Below are positions 20,641-29,858 of a stretch of DNA of 64,000 nucleotides, in pieces. The translations under genes were made by a program, and so were the position numbers. The notes beneath the pieces were generated by a model. The model saw only the letters and a list, made by a program, of their open reading frames with translations. It was not told the origin of the DNA and did not search any database. Source of the stretch: a bacterium (GTDB lineage Bacteria; RBG-13-61-14; DATKZS01); assembly GCA_963674965.2 (NCBI GenBank), contig CAXXFL010000003.1:1-64000 (forward strand). The letters run 5' to 3'. Position 1 is the first letter of the stretch, and each line of letters begins with the position of its first letter.

Positions 20641-21657
20641 TCAGCCTTTCGCTATTACTCCGTTCGGGAAGTCCTCCCAAATCAAGTTTTCCTGTAAAGT
20701 GATGTAAATGATCTTCAAAAATTTGCGAGCCAGTGCGATGATGGCCTTGCCCGCGCCGCGCCTGGCCTTGATACGCTCGTAGAAGCTCGACAAATAAGGG
20801 CTGTAACGCTTGGCGATGAGGGCGCATTGGACCAGGGTAGTGCGGCCGAGTTTGTTGCCCCGCTTCGTGATCCGGCCCGAGCGGCTGGTCTCGTTCGAGT
20901 TGCTAACCCGGGGGACGATGCCGAAGTAGGAGGCCAGCTTGCCCTCGTCGGGGAAGTCCTTGACGTCAACGATCACCGACAAAAGTATGGCCGAGCCAAG
21001 GTCCCCGATACCCTTTATGCTCTTCAAATTCTTGTGACCGGGAAGCTGATTGCCCGAGTCCTTGATGGCGGCCTCAAGCTCCTTGACCCCGGCGTTCAAG
21101 CCCCGAATCTGCTCCACCAGGACGCGGACCTCGGTCTTGACCATGGGGTCGAAAGGTATCTCCTGCACCGTCTCAAGGCCCTTCTCGCTGGAAAGATATT
21201 CCTTCTTCAGGTTGATGCCGTGGGCCGAGCAGATGTTGTTGATCTTGTTCTTCAAGGCCGTGCGAAGCTTCACCAGCTTGTCCCGGCTTTGAGTGAGGCT
21301 TTTAACCTGAGCGTGTTCCTTGTTCGGCATCCTCACCTCCGGCAAAAGGCCCTTGGACAAAAACAGGGCAAGGCGTCTGGCGTCGTTGCCGTCCGTTTTG
21401 TTGACCGACTCGCTGATGACCTTGAACTGGCGAGGGTTGACAACCACGACGCGGGAAACGAGGCCGCGAACGGCGTCGTAAAAAAGGCGGACGTTGCCCG
21501 TGACCTCAACCGCGATCTCGTCGGACTCGCGAAGCGTCGAGCAAAACTTCTCCAAATCCTCGAGACGCCAGTCCTTGAGATAGTTCCGTCCGTTCTCGGC
21601 CAGGACGCAAGAGGTGAAACAATTCCTGTGCAGATCGATTCCAATGTACCTTCCCAT
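20641..21657 (-). CDS. IS110-family recombinase/transposase (DEDD RuvC-like + Tnp20 domain)
   Basis: YIGIDLH, AVEVTG, KTDGNDA, SIKGIG and YFGIVPRVSNS..ITKRG motifs. Confidence 0.95.
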   Translation of the reverse strand: MGRYIGIDLHRNCFTSCVLAENGRNYLKDWRLEDLEKFCSTLRESDEIAVEVTGNVRLFYDAVRGLVSRVVVVNPRQFKVISESVNKTDGNDARRLALFLSKGLLPEVRMPNKEHAQVKSLTQSRDKLVKLRTALKNKINNICSAHGINLKKEYLSSEKGLETVQEIPFDPMVKTEVRVLVEQIRGLNAGVKELEAAIKDSGNQLPGHKNLKSIKGIGDLGSAILLSVIVDVKDFPDEGKLASYFGIVPRVSNSNETSRSGRITKRGNKLGRTTLVQCALIAKRYSPYLSSFYERIKARRGAGKAIIALARKFLKIIYITLQENLIWEDFPNGVIAKG

Positions 21658-21669
21658 TTCCTTACTCCT

Positions 21670-21890
21670 CCCTAGAAATAAATTTGATCTAAGGTCGGAG
21701 TAGACACGCTTTGAGGGGCCGCCAAACTCCTATACAAGGTCTAGCCTTACGGTGGCGCTCCAGTCGCGGGGCTGACTAATCTCCTTTACGAGGTCATAAG
21801 CCTCACGAAAACGATCCAGCCCACGACCCGCCTACTCCAATAGATCATTCCTAACCTAGTTGAAGTATTTACCACCTCAAAACTCTTCAT
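21670..21890 (-). ncRNA. Putative bridge RNA in the IS110 left non-coding end
   Basis: 5' hairpin, a long closing stem (TGATCTA/GGAGTAG with CTACTCC/TAGATCA), and two parallel internal loops with segments identical to the target and donor sites. Confidence 0.75.
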
Positions 21891-21904
21891 TCATACCATC
21901 TCCT

Positions 21905-22593
21905 TTATTTACGGCTGGGTCGCCCATGCATGATGCATGGGCGGCGTATGCCGCAGGCTGATTTTCTCCCGCTATCGGGCCCCTCCAATCGTCGGCCGGA
22001 ACACGCCGTAAAACGCCTCCAAGCGCCCTCGGCCCCGAAGACAGCAGCCAGTTCGCTTCGCTCACCCACGCAATATGCGTGGGCGACCCCGGTACTCCGG
22101 CCACTTCGGGTTCCGGGGGGTTCCGGGGACAGCAGGGGGTTCCGGGGGGTTCCGGGGACAGCATACTTAATTATTTACGTTTCCGATATATCTTGACAAT
22201 ATCGGCAATGATATTGATTGAGGCTGGTTTTTGAATGGCTTGATAAATGTGGGAAACGTAAAGAAAAAATCTAAAACGCCCGTTAATACAATTATAATTG
22301 GTAACCCATGTCTGTATTTGCTTGGCCGTTTCAACGGCCTTCCGAGCGCGGCGAGTTCCAGGCCCGCGCTTTAGCGCGGGTTGCCGGTCGCGCCGATATC
22401 TTTTTCCGAGAGCGCGTTTCAACGTGCTTCTCGCGGCAATGGATTTACAGATCTGGGGACAGCATATTTATCTCGTCTTTATTTACGGCTAGAGAGGCGT
22501 TTATGAATATTCCATCAATATTCATCGTCGAAGAACCCAGTTGATTTTCAAAAATTAAGTGCACTGTCCCCAGAACTCACCTGTCCCCAGAAC
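21905..22593. repeat. Second cluster of palindromic/REP-like repeats
   Basis: Stuttered GGGGTTCCGG units; GGGGACAGCATA motifs at 22154 and 22455; inverted motif at 22554-22572. 22047-22089 resembles 18706-18748. Confidence 0.75.
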
Positions 22594-22861
22594 TCCAAAG
22601 CAGACGTCCCCGCTCGTCGCCGGAAAAGCTCATATGCCGACTATCTACATGGTATAGCAACATTGGAGTTCTTCTTTTGCTCCAAGGGAACGGCTTTCCA
22701 CGGCCAGGCGGTGGATGACGCGAGCGGCCGTAACGCCGGGGAAGGTCGATATCGGGATCGGGGTCCTGAAGGGCGGCGGAAACAGCGGCGCCCGACCGGT
22801 TGAAATACCGGCCGGGCGTCTGGTTGCCATTAATCCATTGGCGAACGAGTAATATTTTCGA

Positions 22862-23512
22862 TCACTCCCCGATGGCGATCCAGTCGAAGTTGGCCGAGCC
22901 GTTGGCGGTGGAGCCGTCGAGGACGGTGAAGCTCACGGTGCAGCCGGTGGTGGTCAGGTTGGTGACTTGATCCACGATCATGGTCTTGCCGCCTATCTGG
23001 GCGTCGAGGGCGCCGGTGATGACCTGGGGCGGCGAGGCGAAGGCGGCCGGGAAGGTGACGTTGGCCGTGCCGGAGGACGAGCCGGAGACGGTCAGGCTCT
23101 GCTGTCCGCTCTGGATTTTCTTGCCGGCCAGGCGCATCGAGTTCACGGCGTAGGCGACCGAGGTTATCTGGGCGCGGGGCGACATCTCGGGGTCGGCGCC
23201 CACCTTCACGCCCAGCCAGCGGTCGGAGGCGCTGAACAGGTCGTCGGAGATGGGGTTGGCCGCGCCGAGCTGTACGCTGTAGATGCCGCCGGTAACGGTT
23301 ATGGACTGGGTCTCGCTCCAAAGGGCCGTTCCTCCCGAGGCCTCACCATAGATCGAGAAGAGGACCTCGATGGAGGAGCCGTTGAGGGGAGCGCCGGCCG
23401 AGTCGGTTAGACGCCCCTGGTAGTTGATCATCTGGGTCGAGGACGCGGCCAGGCAAACAAGGCTAACGAGCGTCCCCATCACTATCGCCGACGTCAAAAT
23501 AATTTTCTTCAC
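22862..23512 (-). CDS. Secreted protein: NYQGRL-type N-terminal beta domain plus H-type-lectin-like C-terminus
   Basis: Signal peptide; INYQGRLTD..LWSE..GIYSVQLG; VTFPAAFASPPQV..TTTG..FDWIAIG. GTG start with AAGGAGG. Confidence 0.8.
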   Translation of the reverse strand: MKKIILTSAIVMGTLVSLVCLAASSTQMINYQGRLTDSAGAPLNGSSIEVLFSIYGEASGGTALWSETQSITVTGGIYSVQLGAANPISDDLFSASDRWLGVKVGADPEMSPRAQITSVAYAVNSMRLAGKKIQSGQQSLTVSGSSSGTANVTFPAAFASPPQVITGALDAQIGGKTMIVDQVTNLTTTGCTVSFTVLDGSTANGSANFDWIAIGE

Positions 23513-23573
23513 GGAAATGTCCTCCTTATTGTAATTATAATATTAGCAAGTCCTTTTCAATTATCAATCTCAA

Positions 23574-26500
23574 TTATTCGCCGTGGGCCATCCAGGTGAA
23601 GCTCACGTCGCCGGTGGCCAGGTTGCCGCTTTTCGATTCCAGTACGGCCGTGAAGCCCACGCCCGTCACCTCGCTCACGCTTCTCGCCACGAAGGTCTCC
23701 CCGTTCACGTCGAGGTCCGTCCCCGACAGGGCCACCCGCGGAGGAGAAGCGTACAGCCGCGAGAAGTAGACCTTGACCGTCACCACCGAGGCGTTGTCCG
23801 CGGCGGTGGAGGCCAGGCCCGTCTCGATCAGGGCGCCCTCCAGCCTGAGGGAGTTCAGGGCCAGGGCCTGGCTCGCGATCTGGCGCCTGGGCTCGAGGCC
23901 CTCGCCTCCGGCGTAAATCTTGAGGAAGCCGTCGTCCCCGTTGAACAGCCCGGTTGGAAGGGCCGTGTCTCCGCCCAGGATCACGTTAAATATGCCGTCG
24001 GCCACGTCCACGGTCGATCCCTCCATCCACAGGACGGTCGAGCCGCCCGAGGTGGCGTAGACCTCGAAGGTCATGGCCACCTGGCCGGTGATGGGCTGGC
24101 TAAAGCCGTCAAGCAGCCGGCCCTGGTAGTTAAGGAGCCTCGGGGCCGCCGTCATGAAGTCGCTCGCGTCGGTCGCGTCGGTCAGATCGACCAGCTCCTC
24201 CCGTCCGTCGGGCACGCCGTCGCCGTCCGTGTCCGGGTCGTCGGGATCGGTCAGGTAGATCAGGTTCTCGTCCTCATCCGAAAGGCCGTCGCCGTCCACG
24301 TCCGCTATGCACTCCTCGTCGATCTCACCGTAACCCACGTCGCCCGGGCATTGGTTATCAACCGAGTCGCATAGCTCGGGAGCGCCAGGATAGACGTCCC
24401 CGTCGCCGTCGTTACAGTCGGGCCCGCTCCTGGTCGCGTAGGCGTCGCAGCCGGCGAACCAGGAGTCCGAGTCGCCGTCCAGGCAGGTTGCGCAGGAGGT
24501 CCAGTTGTCGGGGTCCGCGTCGTTACAGTCGGGACCGTTAATGGTCTGGTAGTCGTCGCACCCGTCGAACCAGGAGTCCGAGTCGCCGTCCAGGCAGGTC
24601 GCGCAGGAGGTCCAGTTGTTGGGATCGGTCGGATCGCAATCGGTCGCGTCGCCCACGCCGTCGCCGTCGGTGTCGCTCACGCACGGGTCAGTACCGAGGT
24701 TCATCTCGTCCATGTTGTCGAGCCCGTCGGAGTCGGGGTCGAGGGTCGAGTCGCCGTTCAAGGGATCGAGTCCGCAGATGAGGCCGGCCATCTCGAAGCC
24801 GTCGTTCATGCCGTCGCCGTCGGTGTCGGGATCGGTGGGGCTGGTGTGTTGTATGGCGTCCTCGCAGATGTATTGCTGAGTCCAGCCGCAGGGCAGGTCG
24901 TCCCAGGTATACTTGTAGGTCCGGTTGAAGCCGGCGCAGTTTTCTCCGTATCCGCCGTTGGGCTCGCCGCTGTTCCATCTCGTGTAAGTGACGGCGTTGC
25001 CGTTGGACCATTGCCAGTAGCCCTCGATGGATTGGTCGCTGAAACCGTGCCAGTACCAGTCCCATACCGATAAGAAGCCGGACACCCAGGAGTTCTCGGC
25101 CGAGTCGTTAAGGGCCACCAGTTCTCCGCCAAAGCCCTGGCAGGAGCTACGGGCGGAGGCCCAGGTAATCTCCGATCCGCAGAAGAGGTAGTTGTGCCCT
25201 CCATAGGAGCGCAGGGTGCATCCGGTGGAGCCGCAGTTGCCCTGGGTCACGCAGTCGAAGGGTATGCCGCTGATGAACTCGGCCCCGTCGGCCAGGCCGT
25301 CGCCGTCCATGTCGGGATCGCAGGGATCGAGGCCGTTCTGGGACTCGATGAGGTTCGACGCCCCGTCCGAGTCCGCGTCAAGGGCCGCGTCGTTTACCAG
25401 CGCGTCGACGCAGACGGTGGCGTACTCGTAGGAGTCGCTCATGCCGTCGGAGTCGGAGTCCGAGGAGCAGGGGTTCATGTTCTGAGAGTACTCGAGGAAG
25501 TTGCCCAGCCCGTCGGAGTCCAGGTCTCCAATCGAGTCCCCCGCGTTCGGATCGAGGCAAGTATAGGTTATTTCATAGCCGTCCAGCATTCCGTCGTCGT
25601 CACTATCGGGATCGCACGGATCGGTGGAACTTTGGACCTCGAGCAAATTGGACGCCCCGTCCGAGTCCGCGTCAAGGGCCGAGTCGCCCACCAGCGCGTC
25701 AATACAGGAATAGCCGGACTCGACCAGGTCGCTCATGCCGTCGGAGTCGGTGTCGTCCGAGCAGGGGCTCGTGCCGAGGCCGTACTCGGCAATGCTGAGC
25801 AGGGAGTCGGAGTCGGGGTCGCCCAGGCTGTCTCCCACGTTCGGATCGAGACAGGTATTGCCGTACTCGAAGCCGTCGTCCATGTCGTCATCGTCGGAGT
25901 CGTAATCGCAGGGATCGACGCCCGCCTGAGACTCGATCAAGCTGGACAGGCCGTCCAGGTCGTAGTCGGTGGCCGAGTCGCCCACCAGCGGATCGAGGCA
26001 GAGGTTGGCCATCTCGTAGGGGTCGGTCATGCCGTCAGAGTCCGTGTCGTCCGTGCACGGGTCCAGCGAGTTGTTGTACTCGAAGAAGCTCGTGTATCCG
26101 TCGGAGTCGGGGTCGTTCAAATGGTCGTCGTTCAGCGGATAAAGGCAGGAATGGTTGACCTCGAAATAGTCGTCCATGCCGTCCCAGTCGGAGTCGGCCT
26201 CGCACGGGTTCGTGTTCGCCAGGTATTCGGCGTAGTTGGTGAGACCGTCCGTGTCCGCGTCAAGGAGCGCGTCGTCGACCATGTTGTCCAGGCACCAGTC
26301 ATAATTCAATTCATAGTATTCGTCCATGCCGTCCGAGTCGAGATCGGCCAGGGTGGTCCCGAACTCGAGCCGGATATTGGGCACGTAACCCGAGGCAAAG
26401 GCGTCGGGAGCGGTGGAACCCGACCAATCCATAGGATAGTTGTAGTTCCCGTTGTCCACGGCCCAGACCGAGCGGTCCTGGCTATTGAGACTGGCCAAGG

Positions 26501-29500
26501 CCAGGCCCGGAGTCGAGGCGCTCGAGTTATCGAAGCTCACGTCGATAAGAAGGTTGTCGGTCCCGTTGTAGAAGAAGGGGGTGTAAAAACCGAACTCGAC
26601 CCATCCCGTTTGCGTTATCTCCTGCCAGTTAAAGTAGGTTTCGGTCCAGCCCTGGTTGTCCTCCAGGTCGGCGGAGGAGTATTCGCTCGCGCCGGTATGC
26701 TTGATCCTGATGGAGAACCACTCCATGGTCTGGCCGGGAAGGACGTCCACGTCGAAGGCCAGCGACTTGATTCGGCCGGCCCTTCCGATCTCGGAGGCCA
26801 GGTAGATGATCTGGGTGCGGGCGTCGTGATACCCTGTGTTGAAGGGCATCTCCCACGCCGTGTCTCCCGTCCCGATCTCGACCATTGCCAGGGGATCGTC
26901 GTCCGCCGCGTCGAGCGGGTCCTTGGCCGCGTCGATCTCGGAGCCGTCCCATTCCCCGCCGAAGTCCGTGTCGGGCGTGCATGGGTTCATCCGTTCATCG
27001 TGGGTAATTTCCTGGAGGCTGGTCTTGCCGTCGCCGTCCGGGTCCAGGTCGGAGTCGAAGACAAGGGGGTCCAGGCACGAGAGCCAGTACTCGATGCCGT
27101 CCAATAATCCGTCGGTATCGGTGTCGGCCACACAGGGATCGGTCTCGCCGGGGTCTTGTACTCCGTCAAGGCTTATGTCCTCGTCCCATCCGTCCCAAAG
27201 CCCGTCGCCGTCCGTGTCCGCCAGGGTCGGGTCCAGGCAGGGCTTGACCACGATCTCAACGTAATCGGACAGGCCGTCCCAGTCGCTGTCAACCTCGTTG
27301 TCCGAGGTGCCCTCCACCTGCTCGGTGCAGTATCCAACGCCGTCGCCGTCCATGTCCGGGTCGTCCGGCGTCAGGGCGCTGCAGTCGTTGTCCACCAAGT
27401 CGCACAGGACCTCGGTCGCGTCCGGGTTGACCTCGGGGTCCTCGTCGTCGCAGTCGGGGCCGGGGATGGTCACGTACCGGTTGCAGCCGGCCAGGTATCC
27501 GTCGGTGTCGCCGTCCGCGCAGGTGGCGCAGGCGTCCCAGTTGTTAACGTCGGCGTCGTCGCAGTCCGGTCCGTTGAAGCTGGCGTACTGGTTGCAGCCC
27601 ACGTACCAGGAGTCGGTGTCGCCGTCCACGCAGGTCGCGCACGCGTCCCAGGCGTTGTCGTTGGCGTCGTCGCAGTCGGGACCGGGAATAGTCACGTATT
27701 GGTTGCAGCCGAGGAAGTAAGAATCCGAGTCGCCGTCCAGGCAGGTGGCGCAGGCGTCCCAGTTGTTAACGTCGGCGTCGTCGCAGTCGGGTCCCGGGAT
27801 GGTGACGTAGGCGTCGCAGTTTGCCAGGTAGGAATCGGAGTCGCCGTCCAGGCAGGTGGCGCATGAGGTCCAGTTGTTGGGATCGAGCGGATCGCAGTCC
27901 ACGTTGTCGTTGGACCCGTCGGAATCCGTGTCGGCCAGCATCGGATTGGTGCCGAGGTTGTATTCTTCCATGTTGGAGAGGCTGTCGCCGTCATAGTCGA
28001 GGGTCGAGTCGCCCCAGGCCCCGTGGGTGCCGTAGGTAATCTCCCACAGGTCGCCCATGCCGTCGCCGTCGGTATCGGCGCTGTTGATATTGGTGGTGAC
28101 GTTCCCGTCCTCGCACGCGTAATTTAGGGACCAGGTAGTACAGGGCATATCGTCCCAATAGGCTGGGTTGTCCCGGTTGAAGGCGGCGCAGTTCTCTCCC
28201 GTGCCTCCGTTTGGCTCACCGCTTCTCCAATGGGAGTAGGTGACGGGGTCGCCGTTCGACCAGACCCAGCTACCCTCCGAGGCCTGATCGTTAAACCCGT
28301 TCCAGACCCAATAGCCCGCGTAAGCGACGTTGCCGGCCGCCCACGAGTTCTCGGCCGAGTCGTTAAGGGAAATGAGCTCGCCCCCGAAGCCCTGGCAGGA
28401 TGACCTGGCGGCGGCCCAGGTCCTGTTGGTGGCGCAGACGAGGTAGTTGTGATCGCCGTAGGTCAGGTGCGTGCAGCCGGTGGAGGAGCAGGTCCCCATG
28501 TAGGCGCAGGGGAAGTCGAAAGTGACGCTGGCCTCCAATAGATCGGACGCCCCGTCGCCGTCGGTGTCGGGCGCGTCGGCCACGCAGGGGTCGAAGCTGC
28601 CCCCGTACTCCATCATGTTGGTCATCATGTCCCCATCCGGGTCTTCGTCCGCGTCGTCCGTCAAAGGATCGAGGCAGTCCATGTTGGGGAACTCGAAACT
28701 GTCCGGCATGCCGTCGGAGTCCACGTCCGCGACGGGGTTTCCAATATAAAGCTGAACGTTGGGAAAGTACGTCGTGCCCGAGGGCGTCGGGCTGGTTCCG
28801 CTCCACGTCAGCGGGTCGCCGTAGCTACTGTCGGTCCGGTAGTAAATCGACCTTGACGATCCGGTCGTGGAATAACGGACGTAGCCGTCGTTGGTATAGG
28901 AGCTATTGTTGAAGCATATGTCGATTAAAAGGTTGTTCGTGCCGTTATAGGTGAAGGGGGTGGAGAAATCAAAGGTATGCCATCCCGTCGCGGGCGCGGG
29001 CTCGTTGTTCTGATAGACCACGGTCCAGCCGCTCGAGTCCCACGAGGTGGGAATGGAAGTCGAGGTGGTGTGCTTCATGCGGATGGTGAAGGCGTTCATG
29101 GTCTGTCCGGGCGAGGTGGTCACGTACAGGGCCAGAGAAGTGATATTTCCGGCCCCTCCAAGCTCCGATTGAAAATACAAGCTCGTGGTGCGCATGTCGT
29201 GGTAATAAGTGCCAAGCGGACCATACCACGTGCCCGTGCCCGTGCCGATGGTTACCAGTCCCCCTCCCGCCTGGTCGTCCGAGTCGTCCAGGGGATTGCG
29301 AGCGTTGTCGATCTCCGAGCCGTCCCATTCCCCGCCGAAGTCCGAGTCCGCGGAGCAAGGGTTCATCGAGGCGCTGTAAGTATACTCCTGAAGGTTGGTC
29401 TTGCCGTCGCCGTCATAGTCAACGCCCGCGTCGTTCGAGTTCACGTTGAGACAGGGGTTGGCCGTCTCGAAGGAGTCGGGCATGCCGTCCCCATCCGAGT

Positions 29501-29585
29501 CCTGAGCGAAAGCGTGAAAAGGAAGTACCAGGAAAAGGGCCACAACCAGACCCATCCAAAACCTCAACCCGTTTGCCATCGTCAA
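23574..29585 (-). CDS. Giant secreted/surface protein with TSP3-like Ca-binding repeats, two C-type lectin domains and Cys/Asp metal-binding repeats
   Basis: Signal peptide; many DxDxDG/DP..DTD repeats; two CTL domains (EPN..ENC..WDD); DCDD repeats; C-terminal NYQGRL module. Confidence 0.9.
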   Translation of the reverse strand: MTMANGLRFWMGLVVALFLVLPFHAFAQDSDGDGMPDSFETANPCLNVNSNDAGVDYDGDGKTNLQEYTYSASMNPCSADSDFGGEWDGSEIDNARNPLDDSDDQAGGGLVTIGTGTGTWYGPLGTYYHDMRTTSLYFQSELGGAGNITSLALYVTTSPGQTMNAFTIRMKHTTSTSIPTSWDSSGWTVVYQNNEPAPATGWHTFDFSTPFTYNGTNNLLIDICFNNSSYTNDGYVRYSTTGSSRSIYYRTDSSYGDPLTWSGTSPTPSGTTYFPNVQLYIGNPVADVDSDGMPDSFEFPNMDCLDPLTDDADEDPDGDMMTNMMEYGGSFDPCVADAPDTDGDGASDLLEASVTFDFPCAYMGTCSSTGCTHLTYGDHNYLVCATNRTWAAARSSCQGFGGELISLNDSAENSWAAGNVAYAGYWVWNGFNDQASEGSWVWSNGDPVTYSHWRSGEPNGGTGENCAAFNRDNPAYWDDMPCTTWSLNYACEDGNVTTNINSADTDGDGMGDLWEITYGTHGAWGDSTLDYDGDSLSNMEEYNLGTNPMLADTDSDGSNDNVDCDPLDPNNWTSCATCLDGDSDSYLANCDAYVTIPGPDCDDADVNNWDACATCLDGDSDSYFLGCNQYVTIPGPDCDDANDNAWDACATCVDGDTDSWYVGCNQYASFNGPDCDDADVNNWDACATCADGDTDGYLAGCNRYVTIPGPDCDDEDPEVNPDATEVLCDLVDNDCSALTPDDPDMDGDGVGYCTEQVEGTSDNEVDSDWDGLSDYVEIVVKPCLDPTLADTDGDGLWDGWDEDISLDGVQDPGETDPCVADTDTDGLLDGIEYWLSCLDPLVFDSDLDPDGDGKTSLQEITHDERMNPCTPDTDFGGEWDGSEIDAAKDPLDAADDDPLAMVEIGTGDTAWEMPFNTGYHDARTQIIYLASEIGRAGRIKSLAFDVDVLPGQTMEWFSIRIKHTGASEYSSADLEDNQGWTETYFNWQEITQTGWVEFGFYTPFFYNGTDNLLIDVSFDNSSASTPGLALASLNSQDRSVWAVDNGNYNYPMDWSGSTAPDAFASGYVPNIRLEFGTTLADLDSDGMDEYYELNYDWCLDNMVDDALLDADTDGLTNYAEYLANTNPCEADSDWDGMDDYFEVNHSCLYPLNDDHLNDPDSDGYTSFFEYNNSLDPCTDDTDSDGMTDPYEMANLCLDPLVGDSATDYDLDGLSSLIESQAGVDPCDYDSDDDDMDDGFEYGNTCLDPNVGDSLGDPDSDSLLSIAEYGLGTSPCSDDTDSDGMSDLVESGYSCIDALVGDSALDADSDGASNLLEVQSSTDPCDPDSDDDGMLDGYEITYTCLDPNAGDSIGDLDSDGLGNFLEYSQNMNPCSSDSDSDGMSDSYEYATVCVDALVNDAALDADSDGASNLIESQNGLDPCDPDMDGDGLADGAEFISGIPFDCVTQGNCGSTGCTLRSYGGHNYLFCGSEITWASARSSCQGFGGELVALNDSAENSWVSGFLSVWDWYWHGFSDQSIEGYWQWSNGNAVTYTRWNSGEPNGGYGENCAGFNRTYKYTWDDLPCGWTQQYICEDAIQHTSPTDPDTDGDGMNDGFEMAGLICGLDPLNGDSTLDPDSDGLDNMDEMNLGTDPCVSDTDGDGVGDATDCDPTDPNNWTSCATCLDGDSDSWFDGCDDYQTINGPDCNDADPDNWTSCATCLDGDSDSWFAGCDAYATRSGPDCNDGDGDVYPGAPELCDSVDNQCPGDVGYGEIDEECIADVDGDGLSDEDENLIYLTDPDDPDTDGDGVPDGREELVDLTDATDASDFMTAAPRLLNYQGRLLDGFSQPITGQVAMTFEVYATSGGSTVLWMEGSTVDVADGIFNVILGGDTALPTGLFNGDDGFLKIYAGGEGLEPRRQIASQALALNSLRLEGALIETGLASTAADNASVVTVKVYFSRLYASPPRVALSGTDLDVNGETFVARSVSEVTGVGFTAVLESKSGNLATGDVSFTWMAHGE

Positions 29586-29672
29586 TCTCCTTTCAAGAGG
29601 GAGTCTTTTCTTCGTCCCGGCCAGACGAAAAGCGAATGCTCATGATGAGGACTTATGAACGCCGTTATTGAA

Positions 29673-29858
29673 GAGCTTCTTGCAAAAGTCCTTTTCTTTG
29701 CGGCATAGCCGCTTTGGAGTGCGGTCGCTTGAGACCGCTTTCGATGGCCTTGGCTTGACAAGGCCTATTAATACACCGGCTTGCCTCGCGTCAAGCCGCT
29801 CGGAAGAAAAGCGGCGTCGAGCCGCCGCACTCCAAAGCGGGAATTTTGCAAGAGGCTC
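29673..29858. mobile_element. MITE/REPIN-like miniature element, copy 2
   Basis: GAGCTTCTTGCAAAAGTC ... AATTTTGCAAGAGGCTC; near-identical to copies 1 and 3. Confidence 0.85.

Larger units (their letters stand above)
20585..21904 (-). mobile_element. IS110-family element (bridge recombinase type), bounded by a repeated TCTCCT/AGGAGA core-containing hexamer
   Basis: TCTCCT at 20585-20590 and 21899-21904; no TIRs. Removing the element restores a sequence matching the repeat at 22450-22489. Confidence 0.88.

Noticed and set aside
20026-22593. CRISPR array
   Set aside because: The repeats are irregularly spaced, occur in both orientations, have no uniform spacers, and no cas genes are present.
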